A DNA stretch of 59,563 nt, counting the filler, from Bipalium vagum (Eukaryota): the NCBI GenBank assembly GCA_037834085.1. It is 3 parts of 3 records of this genome, joined end to end, with 100 filler letters (N's around TTAATTAATTAA, not from the genome) between each part and the next. Parts side by side here need not be neighbours in the genome. Positions count along the whole stretch, not along the records: positions 26,839 to 43,405 come from JBBMKC010105024.1; positions 43,506 to 59,563 come from JBBMKC010129440.1; 1 more part is not named here. One strand, 5' to 3'. The position numbers and the translations under genes were made by a program. Shown one piece after another: positions 41,392-54,022 of this stretch; within the stretch, counting starts at the first letter, position 1, and every line of letters begins with the position of its first letter. The notes below the pieces were generated by a model that worked only from the letters and a program-made list of their open reading frames with translations, was not told the origin of the DNA and searched no databases.

Positions 41392-43331
41392 TCACTATAG
41401 TTCCGGTCCATTGTCATTAGTTGCACAAGCATGACTTGTTCCACAATAAATTTCATACATTATCTATTAATTAATCATTATTATTATAATTATTGTATTT
41501 ATTAATCAATACTATTATTATTTTGCATTTTTCAATTTGCAGCAACTATTTTTTCAGAACTGAATTGTGTTTATGGATTTTTACTGTTTATCATAATGGT
41601 GCAATTGATTTTATACAAATATCAATTATTGTTTCATTTTTGTTATTATGGTTTAATGTAAAAAGTTTAAATTTTATTTTTTGTTACTTTTCTATAAAAA
41701 TCTGTTTACACTCTAACTCCAATGATTTTTCTATTTGATGATGATGACCATTAGACTATGACCGACGGACACAAACACACACAGACATAGTCAACGTTGC
41801 TGCCAAGGGCATTTTGTTTTTATCGTTTTTCTTTTTTGCCGATGATTATAATAATGATCACATGAATAAAAATTGTCATTGTCTCACTGGATGGTCGACC
41901 GGGAAAACCTGACGACCAAATGAGGCGTGTGCAATGTTTGTGCTTGTGTAAGTGTGTGTTTGTGATTGTAGAATTGTGTAAATGTAGACATTTTCAATTG
42001 GCCCGCTGTACAAGACAGAGAAAGAAAGGGAGAGAGAAAGTGAAAAGGTTTACATGAAATATATCTTTTTAATGAATTTTTTTCTAGCTTTTTTATTATT
42101 TTTTATAACAAATGTGTAGAACCGGTTTTTTAAAAAAACAATCTATTTTTTATTGTATTATTTTTGTTGATTATTGTTATTATATTACTTATTATTGATT
42201 ATTATTGTAACTATTGATTTTTATTATATATTAATAATAATAATCAATAGTTACAATAATAAGTAAATTAATAATATATTAATTATAAATTATGATTATT
42301 GATCACACTACTAAAATTATTATATTATTAGTAATTTTTTTATTAATTTTGATGGGAATAGTGGTGATACAAATAAAACTTATTGTTTTTTCTAAAAAAT
42401 AGTGTAAGTTTGAACTGGGATTTTCAGTCTAGATATTTGAAAATAATTAGATCACATTTTGGTAAAATGCATTTTTTGGTAACTCTTTTATTGTGAAATT
42501 ATTATTTTGTTTGAAATGAAAATTGATTATTTATATTTCAATATTCATTTTTATTGAGGAATTGATTGATTTAATAGAAAGAAAATAATCGGTCTGAGGT
42601 TTTGGGAGTCTAAAAAGTGGCAAAGAATAAGTTTGATAAAATTCCTGTCAGAAAATGGATCTCTTATTTCTCAATTTAAATAGATTTTGTGAAATATTTT
42701 ATTGATTTCTTGCAATTTTTATAAATGAAAGTTTCTCATAATGTTTTCGCATTTTTAAAATTATATTAAACAAAATGTCTACGAAAGTTTTTCTGAATTA
42801 TGTATTTTTTTGAGTTAGATGTTAAATATATAAAAATAACTTAAGTCCAAGAGTGGAATGTAAAACTTTAAAATGAAGTCAATTAAAATAAATGTATCGT
42901 TTATACCAAATGTCACAAAACTTTGTTTTTACATAATTAATACAGTTAGGGTTTCATGAATATTCCGAATACTTAAGATTTTTAATTCGAGTAATCCTGG
43001 TAAAGGTTAAACTATTTTAACTTATTTATTGTACACTATTCTATTGTAATTATAAGGATATCCTTAAGTAAAAATATAAGTGTATAGAAATACATTTCCT
43101 TTAGTTTATCATGTAGTTATTTAACTAAAATTTCATAGATAATTTCTTTCTAGGATTTAAAAAATTAGCTCTTTAACATAATATTGAAAATATAGATCGT
43201 TATCTTAGAGTAATGTGTAAAAGTTTATACTTTGAAACACGAAATATAATTTTATTACGAACATTTTTTTACCTGTTAATATAACTTTCAAATTTATAGT
43301 ATAGTATAGTAAAAACTTGTCTTTTCATTCC

Positions 43332-43332
<1 letters not shown>

Positions 43333-43405
<73 letters not shown>
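43333..43405. repeat. (AAT)n microsatellite running into a gap
   Basis: About 24 perfect triplets at the contig end. Confidence 0.95.
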
Positions 43406-43505
43406 NNNNNNNNNNNNNNNNNNNNNNNNNNNNNNNNNNNNNNNNNNNNTTAATTAATTAANNNNNNNNNNNNNNNNNNNNNNNNNNNNNNNNNNNNNNN
43501 NNNNN
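43406..43505. other. Artificial scaffold join: 44N + TTAATTAATTAA + 44N
   Basis: Same 100-bp construct as at 26739. Confidence 0.97.
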
Positions 43506-43507
43506 AA

Positions 43508-44034
43508 TGTTTCCATTTGGAAAACATATTTTCAATAGGGTTAAGGAAAGGCGAATAAGGAGGAAGGAATAAGAGTGTATGAGTGTATTGCTCAATTTCT
43601 TTCCTAATCATTTTGTGCTTACGGAAAGGGCAGTACTAGGACTATGCTTAAAATTCCCAATAAGCTGGTTGTCGATCAGCAACCGTTAGGGCTCAGACGA
43701 TAACTCGGGAGTTTTAGCGGAAGATAAGCCGTAAGACTTTTCCATTTTCTTCTATCTTTATTTTCTTGTTAAAGTAATTAATATTGATTAATTTAGTGTA
43801 CGAGTAATATTTTGTTTTAATTGGGTTTTGATTTAAGCATTACATTTTAATTGAATTTTATTAGGATTTGACATTTAAGTAATACCCTATTAAGTTACTA
43901 TATTTGATTAATTCATTCTTTTGACTTTACTGTGATTTGGTTTTGAGAAGTAGCTTGATTTGAAAGTTTGTGAAACATTTTAGACATTAAAAATTGTGAT
44001 CCCAGACAACCTAAGAGTTGGAGTCAGGTTTACA
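43508..44034. mobile_element. Possible solo LTR
   Basis: Non-coding and GC-richer than its flanks, starts TGT and can be ended at ..ggtttACA. The TSD cannot be checked because of the gap. Confidence 0.3.
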
Positions 44035-44372
44035 ATTGATACACCTAAATTTTGAAAAATGTAATTTAATTAATTTTTATGAGAATTTTAAAATTTAGAT
44101 GAAATTATTGTATTATTATTTTTTTATAAACCGGTATTTAATTGATAGCGTAATCAATTATAGAATGATAAAATTAATAATAATAAAATAATACAAATAA
44201 ATAATAATTATAATAGTAATAATAATAATAATTTTGATCATTGAATTTTTTAATAATATTTTCTTTGGAATTTCAACTCAATTTTTTCACAAAGAAAACC
44301 CATGAAAAGAGGGGTGTTAAGAAAAAAATAAATTAATATGCACAAAAATATAATATATCGTTCATCATAAAC

Positions 44373-44813
44373 CTAACATTTTCTTGGACGGTAACCATTG
44401 CTTCCCCCTCTTCTATGAAATACATCTTATCACCAGTTTCGCCTTGGGATATGATTTTTTCATTATTAACGATCCTCGTTTTCAAAGCATCGGCAAGATT
44501 GCACTGTTCATAGTCTGACAGTTCCTGGAGAATTGGAACGGATCTGATTAACTCCAGAAATCGTTGACGCTTTTGATATGCAGCCTACAAAAGGACGTGA
44601 TAGAAGTATTTACGATTACGAGGACTATTTACAACCTTGAGAATTAATTTTCGAAACGTTATACGATCAATGGCCCACAGGCCGCCCTCGGTTTGAGCAA
44701 CAATTGTGGCAGCCCTTGGACAATTATAGAGCAACGCTAATTCGCCAAAGAACCCTTCACCTTCATATTTTTCGTAAATGGTTTGCCTGTTATTTGTCGC
44801 CAGAAATGTTCCA
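44373..44813 (-). CDS. PRKAR2: PKA-RII exons 6-7, phosphate-binding cassette A and start of cNMP domain B (51-bp intron 44585-44635)
   Basis: FFGELALLYNCPRAATIVAQTEGGLWAIDRITFRKLILK|AAYQKRQRFLELIRSVPILQELSDYEQCNLADAL. Confidence 0.93.
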
Positions 44814-47800
44814 CTGGATTAATGAATCAAAATATTAAGGTTTATTTTATATATTGGTTTCTAGAAAAATATAATTATTTATTTTTATTATCACCCAAAG
44901 AGGGAAGAGGGCAGGAGACGCTAAAAAACACCGAACTTTTGTGTATAAAAATTAAAGATCCTCCGATTTATTTCTTCTTAAGGCTTCTTAAGACTTAACC
45001 TTCCCATGATGAACAAAAAGTTAAGCAAATATCATCAAATGGTTCCGATAAATTATCAAACCAAAATTTTATGACCCACAGACAACCTCTCACGATGTGA
45101 ATGGACAAGATATAGAGGGTGTGCCAGCAAAATCCGGAAAAAGTTTAATTGAAATTTATATTCATGCTTGATTTTAATTATACGAGTTAACATTTGTTTA
45201 AACATACTATATTTGTCTGTAAATTGCGCTCAATTTTCCAAATGGTAAGTTTACAAAAATCAGGCTTCGAATATTATCGAAGAATCGCGAATCTCGAAAG
45301 TTTTAGCACTGGAAGAACGCCGGCTGAAATAATTAATTTCTTTATGTACCCACGATCGACAGTTTACTATTTCACAAGAAGATATCGGAAATCGGAGATG
45401 TCTGAAGAAACCTTTAGTACACCTAAACGAAAAATGCATGATAAAGAAAGGAGAATAAGGACCGCGGAAGTTGTTCAAAAAGCTCAGCAGCTAATAATGG
45501 AAGATATTATAACAATAATGCGTCGGATAGCTGTGCGGATAGACCTAAGATATACTATATACTTTCTAAAAATACGACAAATGCGGTCTTAGGCTACGAA
45601 AACTAAGAGTTATTCGTTGCAACTTGTTACTCAAATCATTGAAGAATGAAGCAGCGAGTCGTATTAGGTTTTTCTCTTATGAAAATATTTTTAAAGTTGA
45701 TGCCAAAATTAACCGGCGGAATGATCTTTGACTTGCCCACGATATTGAAAATGTCCCAATAGTGCCAAGGACAAAGTTTCCAGCCAATGTTCTGGTAATA
45801 GGCGTCATCTTTAGTGAAGATAATGTCATACCCCCACACTTCTTGACAAAGGGTGAAACTATCACCAAGGAAGTCTACGTACAGATTCTGAGTATAGTAG
45901 TGAAGCCCTGGATGGAAACCGTTGTTAATGGAAGACCGTACATCTTTCAACTCGCTCATAAAAATTATTTAGTTCAAAACTGGCTATCCGATAATGTCGA
46001 CATGTATTGGAGCCAGGAATTTAGGCCCCAAATAGTCCAAATTAAAGCCCTATAGGCTATTATGTATGGAGCGTTCTTGAAAGGGTTACTAACAAGTCGA
46101 GACACCCTAATCTGACATCTGTACAGAACTCCATTACAGAAGCGTTTGCCCAATCGTACCAAGACCATGTAAAGAAGGCATGCATCTTGAAGGTCATAGA
46201 AGCAGAAGGTGTTAATATCGAGCAAAAAAAGCACGGAACATATTTTTAAACCAAAAATATAACTTTGCTTAAATAAGTATGATATTATTTAATATATCGT
46301 TGTTTACTTAAAGTTGTTTTTTTGTCCGGATTTTGCTGGCATACCTTGTATGTATTACAATGAATTTTTAATTACACAATAAATAGAAATAGAATAAGAT
46401 CAAAAATATCACCAAAGGACTATTGTCGTCATTCACTAATTAAAACCCCCTTGATTTCTTACTTTATTAAGTTGGGAAGCAAAAGCAAGTTATGAAGAGG
46501 TGATACTCCAGATCACTTGAAAGATGATTTTGTGAAGGTTTGGTAGAAGATGAACATCACATACTGGATGACCATTGTACGATTATTGAACTGTTTACGA
46601 CCTCTTAAAAAGTAAGACTGACATCGGATTCAAAATAATTTTGTAATATTTAATTAATTAAGACAAAAGGGGTTCAGGAACCAACAACTGTTGTTCATAA
46701 GTTATGTGGTGGTCACTCGAATAAGTCACACGTTCTTTTCTTTCTTTGTTTAGCATTGTTATAGTGAATATTTACACAGTAAAAATAATTATCACAATCA
46801 ATACTTACTAGTCTACGACGTAGAAGTTATCTCCCTTATCGTTTTCCTTCATTATGATGTCTCCTTTGAGCACTTCAACAAGAAACATAGATTGAATGAC
46901 TTTGTCCAGTTGTTCCTTTTATGAAATCAATATGTAAACATGTTTCACAAGTTTATGTAGAGCACCTGTTCAAGACAATTAAATATGAATATTTTATTCA
47001 CGCTCTCTGAAATTTTGTCCAATTGCTTCGGGGTTTTGGGAAATACTTTAATATTCTTTTCAAAGGTCTCGTTATCTTCAGATGAGGGATCGAACGATTC
47101 GGAAATGACTGAAAAAAATCAAAATTTTATACTATAGTTAAATGTTATTAATAAGGCATCAATCATGATCAGGCTCGGACATCTTTCAATTAATGAATGA
47201 ATTCAGCAAAAATAAATTTTTGGTTCTTTTAAAACAATCTAGCTATCGATCCAATTTTGAAGGCAATCAGCGAACTAAATTTAACAAGAAGTGTTAAATG
47301 TATCGAGGGAAACAAATGAAAATCCAAAGGAGCAATATCAGGTGAAAATAGTGGATGTAGTAAGACTTCTTAGTTTCCTCCTTCTAAATAATTCTAAATA
47401 ACTTAATGAACAGCTGGTCCAGCAATACGATTTTCCAAATTTATCTTTCTGCCCATTCTGGTCTACTCTCGACCAGAATTGGTTTCAAACATATTAATTG
47501 GCAACGGGAATGTTTATTAGTTATAGTTTCAGCACTAATTATAAATAACACTGTTTTTGTCCAATCAGATATACGAATAACTTTAGACCAAGGACATACC
47601 GTTTCTGCATTGAATTTTATTGGCTCACCAAGCTTCAACCAAGATACTTTGATTTTAAGATTGTCACTGTGGTCCCCTATCCCACCAAATACAAAGATTA
47701 ACTTTTTTATCATAATTAAATAAATCCAATTTTTATCGAAAGTGACAATTCACCACAAAAACAGTTTTTCGATCTGAAAAGTAAGGATATGGGTTTTCTT

Positions 47801-50800
47801 AAACGATTACAGATAGCATTTTCATTCAAATTATTAAAGACACATTTTCCCTCCTTTTGTATTTTTCAAAATACATAAATTGATCTGAAAATTGTTGATC
47901 AATATATGCCTTCTGTTTTTGACCATGGTTTCATTCAACAAATCTTGTAATTTAAAATCTTCAAAAAAGTTTGACTGACGTGGTCTTTGAAATCGAATTC
48001 ATCTGATTTAATTCTGATACGTCTAAATTTGCAGTTTGACAACAATGGAGCGTCATCAGAATGTTTCCACAAATATTGATGCACTTCCACTACTGATTTT
48101 TGCATGTCGAATAAAATTTACTGCAATTAACTTTTGAACAACTCATTTATTGCGCTTCCCAACATGCTTATTCAAACAAATAATGTTCCTAAATCTATAA
48201 AGATTATATAATGTATAAAATAAGTTGTTATTTTGACTATTACAAATATAACTAATGTTATTGGCTATTTTAATTTAAAACAGAATTGATACACCCTCTT
48301 TATACTTGGACGAATTAAAAATTTTAAAAATTATGGAAAAATATTTTGGAATACCTGATATGTGTACTAGACTATTTTACTCTCTTTTTTATTTATATTT
48401 CATTATCACCTTAACAAATATTAAGAAGTATTGATTTGAATTTTGACCATGTCTTATAAAAACTTTTTTCCCAAAAATAACATTCCTTTAGATGTGTCAC
48501 TCCGAATTTTTCATATTTATTTCTTAAATACAATTATTATTAACTATAAAGAAAACGTTTGATTTTGTTTATCTCTATTTCCATTGGTCAATTGTATTTG
48601 TAAGATATTCAAACCTAATTTTATTTTTTATGAGAAATTATATGGAGAATATTTCTTTCTTCAAATCTTTTTAATGCCAGGCATACCAAAATTGAAATAN
48701 NNNNNNNNNNNNNNNNNNNNNNNNNNNNNNNNNNNNNNNNNNNNNNNNNNNNNNNNNNNNNNNNNNNNNNNNNNNNNNNNNNNNNNNNNNNNNNNNNNNA
48801 TTTTTTATGAGAAATTATATGGAGAATATTTCTTTCTTCAAATCTTTTTAATGCCAGGCATACCAAAATTGAAATACTTTAAATTATAAATTATTATTAT
48901 TTTATTTTAAATATTTTGAAATAATAAATAGATCATAATAATTATGTATTTCCAGTTTTTATATATTTTTGTTTATCAAAATAAAAAGAAATTTAAATAA
49001 AAATCTCTTTAGAGAAGTTTTACAGAAGATAATATTTACAAAACTTTGCCGCTACCGTAAAAAAATCGATTTTATATTTTACATTTTTTTCCAAAACGAA
49101 TTAAAATAAATTACTGTATTAAAACAAAAAAATGTTTGATTTCATTTTCTTTCAATCATTCTTGATTATTTCCTAACGAAATAAATCGTAAAAGAAAATC
49201 CATTAATATTTAGAACTGCTTCAAAAGAGAAATTCAAAATAGAGAACTGAGTGGAAAAACTGAAAATCTGCTGTATTTTTCTCATTAGATATTATTGATA
49301 TGTATTACACCAATTATTTAAGCATTATGAAACAAGTTTAATATTTCATTATTCTGTTCCAATTAAAATTTGAATGCGACATCGACAGCAACAGGGCTAT
49401 GGGAACGTAAAGTCTTGAACTAATACCGACGGGATGTACTATCCATCATAAGAACACCTCAGAACTCAATAAATTGATCTGGTTGTCAAAGACACATAAC
49501 TCTGCAGAATCGATTGACCTATCAGATGATATGTCAGCGATCTTGACAGATACCAGTAGAGTGGCTGCAAGAATCGACAGTGTAAAAGATTTTCAGAATC
49601 CTAAAAATCTTATAAATTTACACAAAATTTCAACTTATTGTTTAAGGTTATGATTCCGCGGAAGATCACAATGTTAGATGTATTATATTATGATAAAAAA
49701 TACAATAAATTGGTGTTTACCAAAACATACCGTCCTGTAACGATGTATTGAAAATTCATAAGTAATCTTATTTAAACTGGAAACTGTAGAAAAGGCACAG
49801 TCACAAAAAAATATTCTATGAATGAAACAGTATAACATTTTGAAAAGTCATGTACGTTGAATATTTATAAGTTTTGAATATTCCTACAATAATCAATAAT
49901 TACAAAAAAAGATCTGAAGATCTTTGTTCATACCTGAAAACGAGCAATTAAAGATTCGATATATCCCCGGGATTGTGTAATTGGCGCAGAAAAAATTATC
50001 GTAGAAAGGAATAAAATCAAAATGGACAAGCAGAAATGTCACAGAAATCATCTTGTTAAAGGTGCGTGGGTGGTTAGAAGGGTTGAGCTCAACAGTAATA
50101 ACTAAATGAAAGTTCAGCAGCTAATTTTACCGAAACTTGTTAAACCTGATTCCATAACGTGAAAGGACTATAAGAAAATGCAAAATATCAGATACTAAAA
50201 TGACCCAGTTAGACATTCAAAGATCAGATAACAGTTCATACCAATATCATACAAGAAAAATGGAATACTCTCAAGTGTCATAAAAAAATGACCCAAAAAA
50301 AGTGTGAACAATACATATCTGAAGAATACATTAAAAAGACTTATGGAAAGTCTTTATCAATACAATGTCATTTTATTAAAAATAAATACTTGTTATTTTA
50401 CCTTTTCGTCTTATTTTTAACTATCCTAAAAAATCCATATTAAAAAAAGAATATTAAATTGACTTTCTGCATGAATTTTCTTAAACGGCAAAATCTTAAA
50501 CATATAAGTCAAAAATCAAATTAAAACAACCTTGAAAAAATAATTGACTCATAAAAAATGCGTCAGTGATGTTAAAATTGATCTCTAATTATAACCCAAA
50601 GATCAATATCTTACTCAATTTTGTCTGTAAAAATCAATCATCCCGATAACCCGTGATCACCTTATTATTGCTTTCTTTCAATAACTTTATTGTATTATTT
50701 ATTTTTCATACAAGATAATGTGAGAACGTTATTTTTATATGGTACTCAAATTTATTATTATTCTTAAATAATTATTTTTAATAATTTTTAAAAATAATAT

Positions 50801-53800
50801 TTATTATTTTATTTTCATTTCAATTAAATTTTCTTATTGTTCTGGTGACTATCGGATTACATCGGCAGAAACGTATATGTATAATAATAGAGATCGATTA
50901 TTTTTAAATACTTGAAGCACTAAGTGTCAGACTTCAAAATAGTTGCCAAGTCACAAAGGCCTTACATTTTGAATTATGGTATGGAGTGCCACATGCTTTA
51001 TATTACGGTCACCTTGAATACTTATCAGAATGAATGCTTTTTGATACATGATGACATTTCTGGGTTATAGATTTTTTGGTACACAATGCGAAGCCGCATA
51101 CATTCAGTATAACAAAAAAGATTTTGCAAGACTTAAAAGTGGAAACAATAACTTGACCAGCATATTCATTAGATTTATCTTCTATTGAACCTATGTGGGT
51201 GTTAACATCATTGGTGTTAACAAAGGTTTTATCATCCATTACGATAACGCTAGACTCCACAATTCCAAGGTTACTCAACAAAAGATCCATATGTTGGTCT
51301 AAAAAGTGTTGCCTCACCTAACTTAAAGCTTTGACATCTCACCATCAGATAATTATCTTTTTTGATCTCTACATCACTTCCTTAAAGGTAAAAATTTTCT
51401 TAACAATGATGAGATAAAATCCAGCGTGTTATCTTTTTTGATGAAAATTCTGTTACGTTTTTTGCCGATGGTTTCCAGTTCTTGATATAACGATGTCAAA
51501 TGATTGTCGATAATTGTGGTGGATACTTTATTGATTGATATTATTTCACATTAATTGTGTTATTTTAAAACTTTGAATTTTGATCGACGGTTTCTTTTCG
51601 GGATACCTTATATTATATAACAATTAATATTTTTAAAATATAAATAAATGTACATAGAATTTTCGTGGTTTCCAAGTTAGAATTTGTTAGGATATTCATT
51701 TGTTATGGAGGAATAATAATACAAAACTTCTGGGGTTCAAGTCAATAGATATAAATAGCGTAGATTAATAATTTCTGGTCTGTTCGACTAGAAATGCAAC
51801 CTTTTATGGTTTTGTTTAAATTAAGTAATTTAATCAAAAAATACATTTTTAGATTTGAAAAATTAAAAAAGGAAGATAAACCTTTCTCGGTTTTCTTTTT
51901 TTAATTAGTTAAATAAAACAAAACAAATGACCTTTATTTACAAATATAACCATAATTTCAATTTTATGAGGAACGCCTATTTTTTTAAGACTTAAACATC
52001 GAACCTCACTGTTTTACAGTATATTTGACCTTGCAAATTAATGAAGTATTTGAAGAAGGTTTATTTTTATTACCCTGCATCTCTTAAAATTAATTTTAAA
52101 AAATAATTAAAAATATTTTATTTTTTAAAATTTTTTTAATGTAATTTTTTTATTATATTTTTTTTATTATAAATTTTTTAGTCAATTAATTAAATTAATT
52201 AAATTAATTAAATTCAATATTGTAAAAAATGTCTTTCAATATATTCTTGAAAACCTTTTTCTTAAATTATATTTCATATTTTGTAATGATTTTTTTTTCT
52301 CTCATTTTCATTCGAGTAAAAAGATTTTCAAAAATTTTAAATAAATATTAAAAAATTTATTTATTATTCTAATATAGTTTGGAACAAGTCACGAAATCAT
52401 AATATAATTATTCAAGTATGAAATTGTTAAAAAATATAGATTTCATTTTTTTATCAACAAAATATTTAATTTAAATATAACAAAAAATAAATATTATCAA
52501 TTTGAATTATTAAAACAAAATATACGTTTGAAATAAAAACAGTATTTCTACTTTCAATTAAAACAATAAAAAATATTTTCAGTTAATTTTTGTTTAAATA
52601 TTACTGTGAGAAAAAAATTATTTTTCTTCTGCCAAAGCAAATGATTTATGATATCGAAAATTTTTCAGAAAATTACAAAAACTTACTACTTTGACGAGGA
52701 ACACTTAAATGTGTCATTTGTTTAACTGAAAAAATAATAAAAATAAAAATGGAAAAATATTTTAATTATACTTATAAAATTTCAGTAGTGATTTTCAGAA
52801 AAGAAAATATTATTTTAATTTGCAAAAAATAATATTAATAATAATTAAAAAATAAATAGAAAATTATGAAAAATTTAAATATTTTTTTAAAAAATTAAAT
52901 ATAATATTTTTATTTAATAATATTAAATATAATTTGATTTTTATGGAAAAGTTAAGAAAAGAATGTAAATGAATGAAATAATATAATTTTGTTATTGATT
53001 GTGTATATCTTAAAGAGTTGAATTATTTAAAATACTAAAGAAAATAAAATTATTTTTCAGATAATTTTAAACCAATCAAATTAAAGAACTCATTTTATTA
53101 TAAATATTACTGTTATTATCATCAGTAATTAATTAGCAAAATTAAATGATTAGTTTTTAATTATTATAAATCTTAGAATATAAATTATTAATATCTCAAT
53201 GAAATAAATATTAATATATTAAATATTACTATTATTATTTTATTCAAACAATTTTATTAATTACTTAATTTTCAGGGATATATAATCTTTAAATATCATT
53301 TTCGAAAATAAATATAATACTTTATTAAAATAATAATATAGTCTTTGATCTATTCCGGAACTGGAAAATAAGTTTCATAAAAACTATTAATAATAATTAA
53401 ATATATAATAAAAATATTCACATTAAGAAAATTTTTTAATTTATTTCTTATTACTGTAAGTCATTTTTGTTTAAATAATCTCAAAGAAATAAAAAGGAAA
53501 TATTTCAGATAATATTTTGAAGTCGGAATGATATTGTTATTAATATTATTATTATTGTTATAGCAGTATATCATTGAAGTAATCAGTGAACAAATTATTG
53601 ATAACAAGTGTCAATATTGTTAAGCAGTAATGGTTTTGGACTTTAAATTTTGATCTCACAGATTACAAAAATCTGATATCATTAAAAATAGAAGACATCC
53701 ATTAACTAACGTTTGGATTTTTTGAAGGCCAAAATATCGCTTTCTAAATATTCGTCATCACTATAAAATTTCTCATCAGGAGACCCCTTGTGGGAACTTT

Positions 53801-54022
53801 GATCGTCATCGGTCTCGTCATCCTTCATATCATTCTCTGTGTATCAACATTCTTTCAAATGACAAAGTACGTCAAAGACAAAAAATCCCAACCTTCCTTT
53901 TCCAAACTGGTGAAATATTTAGCTGCAAAACTCACCAAATTTGATGGTCTTTGCTTGAGGGCTTCCGATTTGAATCTGTTCAATAATTCTATTAATTCTG
54001 AGCACAGGTCTGCGTTGTTCAT
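44373..54022 (-). CDS. PRKAR2: cAMP-dependent protein kinase type II regulatory subunit, 3'-partial gene (7 exons visible)
   Basis: Exons 54022-53893 (RIIa D/D: LIELLNRFKSEALKQRPSNLVSFAAKYFTSL), 53836-53711 (acidic linker), 52725-52687 (KQMTHLSVPRQS), 47108-46966 (ISESFDP...VFPKT...IFIFNCLEQ), 46915-46809 (DKGDNFYVV), 44813-44636 (FGELALLYNCPRAATI...LWAIDRITFRK) and 44584-44373 (NLADAL...QGETGDKMYFIEEG). All are GT-AG and phase-consistent. The donor of the last exon is uncertain by 5 nt. Confidence 0.9.
45115..46348 (+). mobile_element. maT (DD37D, Bmmar1-like) transposon, full length, inactivated, in a PKA-RII intron
   Basis: TIRs ggt(g/a)tgccagcaaaatccgga with flanking TA. Motifs YPRSTVY, INRRND, TKFPANVLVIGVIFSED..IPPHF, VVKPWM...GRPYIFQ...AHK..LVQNWL. 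The catalytic spacing itself is damaged by a deletion. Confidence 0.9.
46809..47108 (-). CDS. PRKAR2: PKA-RII exons 4-5, start of cNMP-binding domain A (50-bp intron 46916-46965)
   Basis: ISESFDPSSEDNETFEKNIKVFPKTPKQLDKISESVNKIFIFNCLEQ|EQLDKVIQSMFLVEVLKGDIIMKENDKGDNFYVVD. Confidence 0.9.
47175..48301 (-). mobile_element. Degenerate mariner (Mos1-like) in a PKA-RII intron
   Basis: Minus strand: terminus TA-aagagggtgtatcaa, KKVNLCIWWDRG, EVLLHPLFSPDIAPLDFHLF. Confidence 0.82.
48700..48799. other. 100-N gap with duplicated (unmerged overlapping) flanks
   Basis: About 77 bp left of the gap is repeated immediately right of it. Confidence 0.95.
49680..50400 (+). mobile_element. Degenerate Merlin transposon
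   Basis: VIGAEKIIVE...KQKCHRNHLVKGAWVVRRVE, VKPDSI and VHTNIIQEKWNTLK parallel the Merlin consensus motifs. Confidence 0.75.
51300..51611 (+). mobile_element. 3' fragment of a mariner with right TIR
   Basis: LPH..SFDISPSDNYLF.SLHHFLKGKNF, GGYFID*; terminus cggtttcttttcgggataccttata. Confidence 0.8.
52687..52725 (-). CDS. PRKAR2: PKA-RII 39-bp micro-exon carrying the inhibitor site
   Basis: Strong tttttttcag acceptor and gtaagt donor. Phase 1-1, which fits both neighbouring exons. Confidence 0.72.
53711..54022 (-). CDS. PRKAR2: PKA-RII exons 1-2: dimerization/docking domain and acidic linker (56-bp intron 53837-53892)
   Basis: ATG at 54022 with an in-frame stop upstream. RIIa-type D/D helix pattern L.ELL......L.Q.P.NLV.FA..YF..L. 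Confidence 0.85.

Noticed and set aside
47441-47713. FVFGGI in this ORF as a Merlin WVFGGI motif
   Set aside because: The neighbouring frame reads LCIWWD within a continuous minus-strand mariner, so the match is coincidental.
48623-48876. Near-identical 77-bp direct repeat and the repeated peptide in ORFs 48584 and 48621
   Set aside because: The copies abut a 100-N gap and are unmerged overlapping contig ends.
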